Assembly (NCBI GenBank): GCA_016213205.1
Contig: JACRAZ010000064.1
Span: forward strand, 1 to 32,000
DNA: 32,000 nucleotides
Source of the DNA: Burkholderiales bacterium
GTDB lineage: Bacteria; Pseudomonadota; Gammaproteobacteria; Burkholderiales; Burkholderiaceae_C
Reading direction: 5' to 3'
The position numbers were made by a program, and so were the translations under genes. The first letter of the stretch is position 1; the number at the start of each line of letters is the position of its first letter. Below are positions 22,601-30,976 of this stretch, in pieces. The notes under the pieces were generated by a model. It worked only from the letters and a program-made list of their open reading frames with translations. It did not search any database and had not been told where the DNA came from.

Positions 22601-24787
22601 GCTTCACGCGCCAAGAGCGAGTTCCTGGCCAGCACGAGCCACGAGATCCGGACGCCGCTGAACGCCATTCTGGGTCTGGCCTACCTGCTCGAGCGCGAGG
22701 GGCTTCCCGGCGACGCGCAACTTCAGGTGCGCCGCATCTCGCAGGCCGGGCGTTCGCTGCTGGGGTTGATCAATGACGTGCTGGACCTGGCGAAGATCGA
22801 AGCCCGGCAACTCGTGCTGGACGAACACGTGTTCGCCCTGCGCCGCATGCTGGAACAGGAGGTGATCCCGCTGGGCACCGGCCTGAAGCAGAAGGGTGCG
22901 GAGATGGTGCTGGAACTGGCCCCCGACCTGCCCGAGGTCGTGCGCGGCGACGAGACGCGCCTGCGCCAGGTGCTGAACAACCTGCTGGGCAATGCACTGA
23001 AGTTCACCGAGCGCGGTGAGGTTCGCCTGGCCGTGCGCCGGGGCGACCCGCCGCCGCAGGTCGTGTTCGAGGTCTCGGACACCGGGATCGGGATCGAGGC
23101 CGAGGTGCAGAAGGGATTGTTCCGCCCCTTCGTGCAGGCCGATGCGTCCACCGCTCGCCGCTACGGCGGAACCGGGCTGGGCCTGTCGATCACGGCGCAA
23201 CTGGTCCAGATCATGGGCGGCCGCATCGAGTTGGCCAGCACGCCGGGGAACGGCAGCACCTTCACGGTTTCGGTGCCGCTTCCCGAGGCATTGCCGTCCG
23301 AACAGGACCGCGATAACGGGCACGAGCAAACCTTGCGTGTCTTGTTGGCCGAGGACGATGACGCGCAGCGCGCGGCCCTGGTCGGGGCGGCGCGCAGCCT
23401 GGGCTGGCAATGCGTGGCGGTGGCCACGGGCGAGGCGCTCGTCAGCGAGGCGAGGTCGGCCGCGCTGGCGGGCCATCTGTTCGACGCCCTGATCGTCGAC
23501 TGGCAACCCCCGGGCTGCGACGGCCTGCAAGCGCTGGCCGAACTCCAGCAAGGGATGCCGGAACACGACTGGCCTGCTGCGGTGCTGCTCGGGCCGTTCG
23601 AAGTCGACCGCGTGGCAGCGCACCCCCATGCCGAGCTGGCAGCGGCCCGGCTGTTCAAGCCGGTCAACCACGCGACGCTGTTCAACGCCGTGAACGAAAG
23701 TCTGTCGGCCCTGCCGGCACGCGCCGCGCGACTGCTCGAAACCAGTCTGGGCCGGTGTGACGACCTGATGTGGCTGAACGGCCTGCGCATCCTGGTGGTG
23801 GACGACAGCACGCTGAACCTGGACGTCGCGCGCAAGGTATTGGAGCTCGAAGGGGCGCAGGTCCTCACCTGCGAAAGCGGACCGCTGGCGCTTGGGACCT
23901 TGCAGCAGCAAGCCCCCTTCGACGCCGTCTTACTGGACGTGCAGATGCCCGGCATGGATGGCGTGGAGGTGGTGCGGCGTCTGCGCGAGATGCCCGGCGC
24001 GAAGACGCTGCCGGTCATCGCGCTGACCGCCGGCGTGCTGCGCGAGGAGCATGACCGCGCGCTCGCGGCCGGCATGAGCGACTTCCTGCCGAAGCCACTG
24101 GAACCGCAACGCCTGGTGGCCTGCCTTCGCCGCCATGTGGAACGCTGCCGCGGTCGGCCCGTCGCCGTGCTGCCGCGCGCAAGCGAGACCGCTGCCCAGA
24201 TCGACCGCATGCACATCGACGGCATTGAGGACGACGCCATCGCGGCCTCGTTGAGGCAGGATAGGCCGCTGGTGCTGTCGATGCTGCGCCGCCTGCTGTC
24301 GGAGTTTGCCGACGTGGCGACCGAATCCGCACCGTTGCTGCCCGGTCGGCTGCACAAGCTCAAAGGTAGCAGCCAAGTGGTGGGAGCGATGAAGGTCGCC
24401 CGCGCTGCCGCCGAGGCCGAGGCTGCCCTTGGCAACGCGCCTCCCGAAGTCCACGCCGCTTCCTTGCGGCGGTTGCAAGAGTGCCTTGAGGGGTTGGCTG
24501 TGGCCGCCGCTTCACACCTTGATGAAGAGTCGCGGCGACTGGCAATTCATGAGGCGCAGCAGTTGGCAGGCCGGCAAGGAGCGGCGCCTGCTTCAAGTGC
24601 AGAATTCGCGGAGTTGCGTCGCTTGCTTGAGCAGCAGAGTGCCCGGGCTGGCGCGCGCGTTGATGCCATGGCCGGGTCGATCATGGCGGCTTTGGGGGCA
24701 GATCGTCTGTCTCGCCTGCGCATCGCGCTGGAAGAATTCGACTTCGAGACCGCGCTACTGGTCCTCGAAAGGCTTGGTGATCAGTAG
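19637..24787 (+). CDS. Giant hybrid sensor kinase: TM-CHASE-TM, about five PAS/PAC domains, HisKA-HATPase, two receiver-like domains, HPt
   Basis: 1,716 aa. The start is GTG 19637 or ATG 19640, and both overlap the upstream TGA.
- CHASE-like periplasmic domain between two TM helices (residues ~10-330).
- PAS blocks, e.g. [26 protein letters not shown] and [16 protein letters not shown].
- H-box [15 protein letters not shown].
- N/G boxes [24 protein letters not shown].
- REC: ILVVDDS...[12 protein letters not shown]...LPKP.
- HPt: [13 protein letters not shown]. Confidence 0.93.
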   Translation: [1716 protein letters not shown]

Positions 24788-25992
24788 ACGAAGGGCCTTC
24801 CGCTGGAACGGATCATCGTGAGTTCCACGTACTTCGAGCCGTTCGGCTGACCCGAGCCGAAGCGCAACTCGAAGCCCCCCAGGTCGATGGGTCTTCCCGC
24901 GCGCAACGAATTGCCGAAGGACTCGCGTGTGGGTGATCCGCCGCTGCGGCGCAGCATCTCCGAGAACCCGTGTGCCGCAATGAAGCCCGTCATCGCTGCA
25001 TAGCTCGCATGGTCGCCCTTGCCGGCGGCTGTCATGGCCTGAAGGAAGTCCCGCGAGATTCTCAGTTTCTGGTGAAACGGTCCGGGCACGGTTTGCGTCA
25101 CGATGATGCCGTCGGCTGCCTTGCCAAGTTCGCGCGTGAGCTGGTTGGTGTCGGCGACCGACAGCAGCATGAGCTGGGTGCTGGGTCGGATGCGCCGCAG
25201 GTTGCGCACGAACTCGAGTGTTGCCTTGCCGGCCATCGTGGCGATCACGACCTGGGGTTCGGCGCGCGCGATCGCCTGGGCAGCCTCTTCGGCGTTCGAG
25301 GCATCGGTCTTGACGGCCACATTGGCCAGCGGGACAAGCTGACGCCTCTGGAGCGCCTCTTTGACGCCCTCGAGTCCATCGAGTCCGAAAGGGTTGTCCT
25401 GGTAGGCAACCGCGATTCGCCGCAGGCCAATCGTGTGCGCGTGGTTCACCATGCGCTCCGTCTCGTCCGCATATGACGCTATCACCGTGGAGAACTGGCG
25501 ATACGGTTGTTTGCGCAGACTGTTGGCGCCCGAGAAGGCGGCAAACAGCGGGACACCGCGCTCTTCGAGCAGCGGCATGGCCGCGAGGATGTTGGCGGTG
25601 CCCAGGGTGCCGAGAAAGGCGAAGGCCTTGCCTTCGGCGAGAAGGGTCTTGGTGTTTTCGACCGTGCGTTTGGCGTCATAGCCATCGTCGAGCATCGTCA
25701 AGACGATTTTGCGACCGTTCACGCCACCGCCGGCATTGACCTGATCGATGGCCACCTTCATGCCGGCGGCAAAGTCTTTGCCAATCGCCGCCAACGGTCC
25801 CGACAGTGCAAGGCTGGAACCGACGAAGACGCGGTCGGCCGTGACGCCTTCCTCGGCGCGCGCGTGTTGTGTCAAGCTCGATCCGAGCAGCACCGACGCG
25901 GCCGTGGCCAGGCGGCGTGCAACCGCCCAGAGGCGCCCAGAAACCAAGCCTGGCGTGGCCCGGGCGTGACCTGAAGTTTCATTGGTGTCCAC
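24781..25992 (-). CDS. Periplasmic substrate-binding protein, LivK / branched-chain amino acid ABC type (Peripla_BP_6-like)
   Basis: - SLALSGPLAAIGKDFAAGMKVAIDQVNAGGGVNGRKIVLTMLDDGYD is typical of the Leu/Ile/Val-binding family.
- The start is placed at GTG 25992 because of AAGGAGAccgcGTG. The ATG candidates at 26040-26076 lie deep inside the MaoC gene.
- The stop overlaps the convergent kinase stop. Confidence 0.85.
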   Translation of the reverse strand: MDTNETSGHARATPGLVSGRLWAVARRLATAASVLLGSSLTQHARAEEGVTADRVFVGSSLALSGPLAAIGKDFAAGMKVAIDQVNAGGGVNGRKIVLTMLDDGYDAKRTVENTKTLLAEGKAFAFLGTLGTANILAAMPLLEERGVPLFAAFSGANSLRKQPYRQFSTVIASYADETERMVNHAHTIGLRRIAVAYQDNPFGLDGLEGVKEALQRRQLVPLANVAVKTDASNAEEAAQAIARAEPQVVIATMAGKATLEFVRNLRRIRPSTQLMLLSVADTNQLTRELGKAADGIIVTQTVPGPFHQKLRISRDFLQAMTAAGKGDHASYAAMTGFIAAHGFSEMLRRSGGSPTRESFGNSLRAGRPIDLGGFELRFGSGQPNGSKYVELTMIRSSGRPFVY

Positions 25993-26569
25993 GCGGTCTC
26001 CTTTCGAGTGCCTGCGCTTGCTCACGGGCACGTTCGTCATGGGTTGATGCATCGCTTTGTCCCACGGCCGAGTCACCGGGCCCGTTTCCGGCCAAGGCCG
26101 GGCGGCGGCGGACCAAAAGCTTCCAGTTGCCTTCCACGACTACCTCGTCACGCTGGTTGAGCACCTGGCGGCGGAAGGCCACCACCCCGCGGTCGGGCCT
26201 GGATGTCTCGTTCTTCGCCGCCACTTCCACCCGCACCCGCAGCGTGTCGCCGATGAAAGTGGGCTTCGGAAAGCGGCACTGGATGTCGAGCAGGCCGATC
26301 AGGCTGGGCTCCAGGTGCTGGTTGAGCTGCATGCGTGTGACAAGCCCCGACATCACCGCCAGCACCAGCAGTCCGTGTGCGATGCGCTGTCCGTGAGGCG
26401 TGCACCTGGCGTACTCTGCGTCGACGTGCAGGCGGTTGAAGTCTGCCGACAGGCAAGCAAAGTTGACGACATCGGCCTCGGTCACCGTGCGCGTCGGGCT
26501 GTCGAACGCGGCGCCGACCTCGAGGTCCTCGAAGTAGCAGGCCTCGGGGGCAAGGGGCGAGAGCTTCAA
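25979..26569 (-). CDS. MaoC-like (R)-specific enoyl-CoA hydratase / hot-dog fold dehydratase
   Basis: 196 aa with a TTG start at 26569 that overlaps the acyl-CoA ligase stop by 4 nt.
- Motifs: EADVVNFACLSADFNRLHVDAEYA...GQRIAHGLLVLAVMSG.
- The last ~45 aa are a low-complexity tail. Confidence 0.85.
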   Translation of the reverse strand: MKLSPLAPEACYFEDLEVGAAFDSPTRTVTEADVVNFACLSADFNRLHVDAEYARCTPHGQRIAHGLLVLAVMSGLVTRMQLNQHLEPSLIGLLDIQCRFPKPTFIGDTLRVRVEVAAKNETSRPDRGVVAFRRQVLNQRDEVVVEGNWKLLVRRRPALAGNGPGDSAVGQSDASTHDERAREQAQALERRPRGHQ

Positions 26570-28098
26570 GGCGCCACCCCGGTTGCCGAAAGCGCCAGAA
26601 CCTGCTCGGCCAGTTGCGCCTTGAGCACGCGCCCGGTCAGGTTCTTCGGCACCTCGCTCAACAGGACGATTCGGCGCGGCTTCTTGTAGGCGGCCAGCCG
26701 GGCTGCGGCAAATGCGGACAGCTCTTCGGGCGCCGGCGACGCGCCCGCATGCGGCACGATCACGGCACAGATCAGTTCAGTCAATCGCTCGTCCGGCAGG
26801 CCGATGCAGTGCGCCTCGGCCACGGCCGGGTGCTGCTGCAGCACCTGCTCGATCTCGGAGGCGTAGACGTTGATGCCGCCGCTCTTGATGATGTCGCGCT
26901 TGCGGCCGACGAAGTGCAGCAGGCCATCGGCGTCGATGCGGCCGAGGTCGCCGACGGTGAGGAAGTCGCCGCGGCGGGTGCTTTCGGTGAGCGCGTCGTC
27001 CTCGAAGTAGCCGTCGTACTGCGAGTCGCTGCGGCAGCAGATCTCGCCCACCTCGCCAGGTGCCACCTCGCGCCCCTCGTCGTCCAGCAGTTTCAGCTCC
27101 ACGCCGAAGAAGGGTCGGCCGACGCAGTTGCCGTCCAGGTGCCGGGCGACCTCGGCGCCATCGAGGTTGGCATACGGCCCGACCTCGGTCGAGGCGGCAT
27201 AGATGTTGAGGACGCCTTCGCCCAGGCGGTTGAGCAGCCGGCGCTTGAGCGCGCCCGACAGCGTGCCGGCCCCCGACTGGATGACGCGCAGGCTCGACAG
27301 GTCGGCATCGCGCCAGCGCGGGTGATCGACCATCGCCTGGAGCATCGCCGGCAGCAGCATCGTGGCCGTGATGCGTTCGCGCTCGATCGTCTCGATCACC
27401 GCGCCGGCGTCGAAGTGCTCGAGCAGCGTGACGCTGGCGCCCAGGTACAGCGGCAGCAGCGTGTACACGCAGCCGGCACTCAGGCACAGCGGCAGGGCGG
27501 CCAATGTGCGGTCGTCGATGCCGAAGCGCTGCGCGATGGCGCGCTCCTCGAAACCGAAGCGCGAGCGCAGCGCGCCCTTCGGCCGGCCGGTAGTGCCCGA
27601 GGTGTGCAGCATGATCGTGCTGCCTTCCCGCCCGGCGGGCGGGGCGCGATGGGTGCCGGACCGCAGCAGTTCTTCCCCGTGCCATGCGTTCTCGGGCGCG
27701 TCGTGCGCGGCGCTGGCAAACGCGATCGGCCGCCATGCAGTATCGGCCAGCGCCGCAGCGCGCTCCCCGAAACCCGAACCAAAGAGGACGAAGCGCGCAT
27801 GCGCGGCCGAGATCCCGTGGCGCAGATCATCGTCGGCCAGACGGTAGTTCAGAGGCGCCGGCACAGCCCCGATGCCGGTGAGCGCGAAGTAGGCCACCAG
27901 CATGTCGGGGTGGTTGAACGAGAGCATCGGCACCTTCTCGCCTGGTGCGATGCCCAGTGCCGCCAGCGCCGCCGCAGCCTGCTCGGTGCGCGACAGCAGC
28001 TCGGCGTAGCTCCACGCCTGTTCTCCAAAGCGCAGCGCCGCTCGGTGCGGCAGACGCCTGGCGTTCAGGCGCAGCGCGTGCAGCAGTGGCATGCCCAT
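26566..28098 (-). CDS. AMP-dependent acyl-CoA synthetase/ligase
   Basis: 510 aa. AMP-binding motif MLHTSGTTGRPKGA, YASTEVG, GDLGRIDADGLLHFVGRKRDIIKSGGINV, and a C-terminal ...YKKPRRIVLLSEVPKNLTGRVLK. Confidence 0.93.
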   Translation of the reverse strand: MGMPLLHALRLNARRLPHRAALRFGEQAWSYAELLSRTEQAAAALAALGIAPGEKVPMLSFNHPDMLVAYFALTGIGAVPAPLNYRLADDDLRHGISAAHARFVLFGSGFGERAAALADTAWRPIAFASAAHDAPENAWHGEELLRSGTHRAPPAGREGSTIMLHTSGTTGRPKGALRSRFGFEERAIAQRFGIDDRTLAALPLCLSAGCVYTLLPLYLGASVTLLEHFDAGAVIETIERERITATMLLPAMLQAMVDHPRWRDADLSSLRVIQSGAGTLSGALKRRLLNRLGEGVLNIYAASTEVGPYANLDGAEVARHLDGNCVGRPFFGVELKLLDDEGREVAPGEVGEICCRSDSQYDGYFEDDALTESTRRGDFLTVGDLGRIDADGLLHFVGRKRDIIKSGGINVYASEIEQVLQQHPAVAEAHCIGLPDERLTELICAVIVPHAGASPAPEELSAFAAARLAAYKKPRRIVLLSEVPKNLTGRVLKAQLAEQVLALSATGVAP

Positions 28099-28158
28099 TC
28101 GTGTACTCCTCAGTGCAAAGCCTTGCCGACGAGTCCGGGGTCCATCGCCGCGGCCCGC

Positions 28159-28911
28159 TCAGGTGGCGTAGCGCCCGCCGGTGACGTGCAGCGTGGCGCC
28201 GGTGATGTAGCCCGCCGCTTCGCTGGCGAGGAAGCACACCGCGCTGGCGATGTCGCGTGGCATGCCCAGGCGCCCGATGGGTGTGCGCGCCAGCGCGTTG
28301 TCGCGAATCTTCTGGTAGTGGGGCAACTGGCGCACGCCTTCGGTTTCGATGAAGCCCGGGGCGACGGTGTTGACGGTGATGCCGTCGCGGCCCAGTTCGA
28401 GCGCCAGCGCGGCCGAAAGGCCGAGGATGCCGGCCTTGGCAGCAGAGTAGTTGGCCTGGCCCGGGTTGCCCAGGTGCGCGCGCGAGGAGATGTTGATCAC
28501 CCGGCCCCACCGCTGGGCAGCCATCATCGGCGCCGCCGCCTGGGTGCAGAGGAACGCGCCCTTGAGCACGGTGTCGACGACCGCGTCCCAGTCGGCCTCG
28601 CTGAGTCGGGCGAGGCGGGCGTCGCGGGCGAAGCCGGCATTGTTGACGAGCACATGCACGGCGCCGAAGGCATCGATGGCCGCGTGCGTCAGGCGCTCGA
28701 CATCGGCCACGCGCGTCACGTCCGCCGGCACGGCGATCGCGTCATGGCCGGCAGCCTGCAACGTTGCGCAGTGCGCCGCTGCGGCGACGCCATCGATGTC
28801 GGTGACGACGATGCGGGCACCTTCCTGTGCCAGCGCAAGCGCCGTCTCGGCCCCGATGCCGCGCGCCGACCCGGTGACGATGACAACCCTGTCCTTCAGT
28901 CCCAATTGCAT
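28159..28911 (-). CDS. Short-chain dehydrogenase/reductase (FabG-like 3-oxoacyl / 3-hydroxyacyl-CoA reductase)
   Basis: 250 aa. Cofactor motif VTGSARGIGAE, NNAG, and catalytic S...YSAAK. Confidence 0.92.
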   Translation of the reverse strand: MQLGLKDRVVIVTGSARGIGAETALALAQEGARIVVTDIDGVAAAAHCATLQAAGHDAIAVPADVTRVADVERLTHAAIDAFGAVHVLVNNAGFARDARLARLSEADWDAVVDTVLKGAFLCTQAAAPMMAAQRWGRVINISSRAHLGNPGQANYSAAKAGILGLSAALALELGRDGITVNTVAPGFIETEGVRQLPHYQKIRDNALARTPIGRLGMPRDIASAVCFLASEAAGYITGATLHVTGGRYAT

Positions 28912-28958
28912 GGTCTTCCGCCTTGCCCGGCGCTGGTTCGACGCTGTTCCCCGGCGGC

Positions 28959-30065
28959 CTACTTCAGCAGTTCATCGTCATGTTCGCCAATGTAGGGCGC
29001 CGGGGTCGGCCGCGCCGCCGGAGTGCGGCTGAAGCGCGGGGCAGGCGAGGGCTGCAGCACCCCCCCGCTTTCGAAGAACGTGGCGCGCGCCGCGTTGTGC
29101 GGGTGCGCTGCGGCCTCGGCGGTGGTGAGCACCGGAGCGAAGCAGACGTCGGTGTTCTCCATCAGTGCGCACCAGTGCTCGGCCGGTCGCGTGAGGAAGA
29201 CAGCGGCAATCTTGGCCTTCAGCGCGGGCCAGGCCGCCGGGTCGCGCTGGCGCGCGAACTCGGGGTCCTTGTCGAGGCCGAGCTTGTCCAGCAGCAGCGC
29301 GTAGAACTGCGGCTCCAGCGAGCCGATCGAGATCCAGCGGCCATCGGCGCACTCGTAGGTGTCGTAGAAGTGCGAGCCGCCGTCCAGCAGATTGCCCTGC
29401 CGCTGGTCGCGCCACAGGCCCAGTGCGCGCAACTCGCAGACGATGGAGGTGAGCAGTGCGGCGCCGTCGAGCACGGCCGCGTCAACCACCTGGCCCTGGC
29501 CCGAGGCGCGCGCTTCGAGCACCGCGCAGACGATGCCGAACGCGAGCATCATGCCGCCGCCGCCCAGGTCGCCGACCATTGCCGGCGGTGCGGCCGGCCC
29601 GCCCTCCTTGCGGCCGATGGCCGCCAGCGCGCCCGACAGCGCGATGTAGTTGATGTCGTGGCCGGCCCGCTGGGCGAGCGGACCGTCCTGCCCCCAGCCC
29701 GTCATGCGCCCGATCACCAGCCGCGGGTTGCGCGCCAGCAGCACGTCGGGACCGAACCCGAGCCGCTCCAGCACGCCCGGTCGGTAGCCCTCGATCACCG
29801 CGTCGGCGCCATCGATCATCGCCAGCACCTTGTCGCGGTGGGCGGGATCCTTCAGGTCCACCGCCACCGAGCGACGGCCGCGGTGCAGCACGCTGCGCGG
29901 GCCGGAGGCCAGGAAACCGGGCGCGCCGCGGTCCTTGCCCTTGTCGGCCTGGCGGTCCAGGCGAACCACGTCGGCCCCCATGTCCGAAAGCATCATCGCG
30001 CAGAAGGGGCCGGGGCCGATGCCGCCGAACTCGATGACCTTCAATCCCTGCAAAGGACCTGGCAT
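28959..30065 (-). CDS. Family III CoA-transferase (CaiB/BaiF; alpha-methylacyl-CoA racemase-like)
   Basis: 368 aa from ATG 30065. The ORF extension to 30215 overlaps the ABC ATPase gene. Motifs: [55 protein letters not shown]. Confidence 0.9.
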   Translation of the reverse strand: MPGPLQGLKVIEFGGIGPGPFCAMMLSDMGADVVRLDRQADKGKDRGAPGFLASGPRSVLHRGRRSVAVDLKDPAHRDKVLAMIDGADAVIEGYRPGVLERLGFGPDVLLARNPRLVIGRMTGWGQDGPLAQRAGHDINYIALSGALAAIGRKEGGPAAPPAMVGDLGGGGMMLAFGIVCAVLEARASGQGQVVDAAVLDGAALLTSIVCELRALGLWRDQRQGNLLDGGSHFYDTYECADGRWISIGSLEPQFYALLLDKLGLDKDPEFARQRDPAAWPALKAKIAAVFLTRPAEHWCALMENTDVCFAPVLTTAEAAAHPHNAARATFFESGGVLQPSPAPRFSRTPAARPTPAPYIGEHDDELLK

Positions 30066-30090
30066 GTCTTGGCTTTCAAGTTGTTTCGCT

Positions 30091-30972
30091 TCAACCCAGC
30101 CAGCGCTTGCGCCGCCGGTAGTGTTTGACCTCGCGGAAGCTTTTGCGACCGCCTTCACGGTCCAGGCCGAGGTAGAACTCGCGGACGTCCTCGTTGGCGC
30201 GCAACTCGTCGGCACGACCTTCGAGCACGATGCGCCCGCCTTCCATCACATAGCCGTAGTCGGCGATCTCGAGGGCCACGCGGGTGTTCTGCTCGACGAT
30301 CAGCAGGGCCAGGCCCTGTGCGCGCAGCCGGTGCAGCACGGCAAACACCTCTTCGGTCATGCGCGGCGCCAGGCCCAGCGAGGGTTCGTCGATCAGCATC
30401 AGCTTGGGCTTGGCCATGATGGCCCGGCCGATCACCAGCATCTGCTGCTCGCCGCCCGACAAATAACCGGCGGTGCGCGTGCGCAGGTCTGTCAGGCGCG
30501 GGATGGCCTGGTACACGCCGTCGAGCGCCCGGCGCATCTGCGCGGCGCTGGAGAACATGTGGCCGCCGATGATCAGGTTCTGCTCCACCGTCATGTGGGG
30601 CAGCACCCGCCGGCCCTCCATGACGTGAACCAGACCGCTGCGCACGATGCTGGCCGTATCGTGGCCACGGATGGCGCGGCCATCGAAGCCGATGCTGCCG
30701 CCCGAGACCCGCCCGTCGTCCGAATCGATGACGCCGGAGATGGCTTTGAGCGTGGTGCTCTTGCCGGCGCCATTGGCGCCGAGCAGCGCCACGCAGCCGC
30801 CGGGCGCGATTTGCAGCGACACGCCCTTCAGCGCCAGGATCACGTCGGCGTACAGCACCTCGACATTGAGCAGCGACAGCAGCGCAGCGTCGCTCCCCTC
30901 GGCCTTGGCATGGCCCGACCCGGGTTCCCGGCGCCGCGATTCGGCCACGGCGGACTCGCTCACGTCGGCCAC
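30091..30972 (-). CDS. ABC transporter ATP-binding protein, LivF-like (branched-chain amino acid type)
   Basis: Walker [11 protein letters not shown], signature LSGGEQQML, Walker [14 protein letters not shown]. The start is uncertain: GTG 30972 lies 4 nt after the upstream stop, but the true start may be further downstream. Confidence 0.88.
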   Translation of the reverse strand: MADVSESAVAESRRREPGSGHAKAEGSDAALLSLLNVEVLYADVILALKGVSLQIAPGGCVALLGANGAGKSTTLKAISGVIDSDDGRVSGGSIGFDGRAIRGHDTASIVRSGLVHVMEGRRVLPHMTVEQNLIIGGHMFSSAAQMRRALDGVYQAIPRLTDLRTRTAGYLSGGEQQMLVIGRAIMAKPKLMLIDEPSLGLAPRMTEEVFAVLHRLRAQGLALLIVEQNTRVALEIADYGYVMEGGRIVLEGRADELRANEDVREFYLGLDREGGRKSFREVKHYRRRKRWLG

Positions 30973-30976
30973 CGGC

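Noticed and set aside
20789-24435. Minus-strand ORFs 20789..22540 (583 aa), 22604..23911 (435 aa) and 23161..24435 (424 aa)
   Set aside because: They are antisense to the 1,716-aa hybrid kinase, whose domain order is continuous and well supported. They have low-complexity composition and no recognisable domains.
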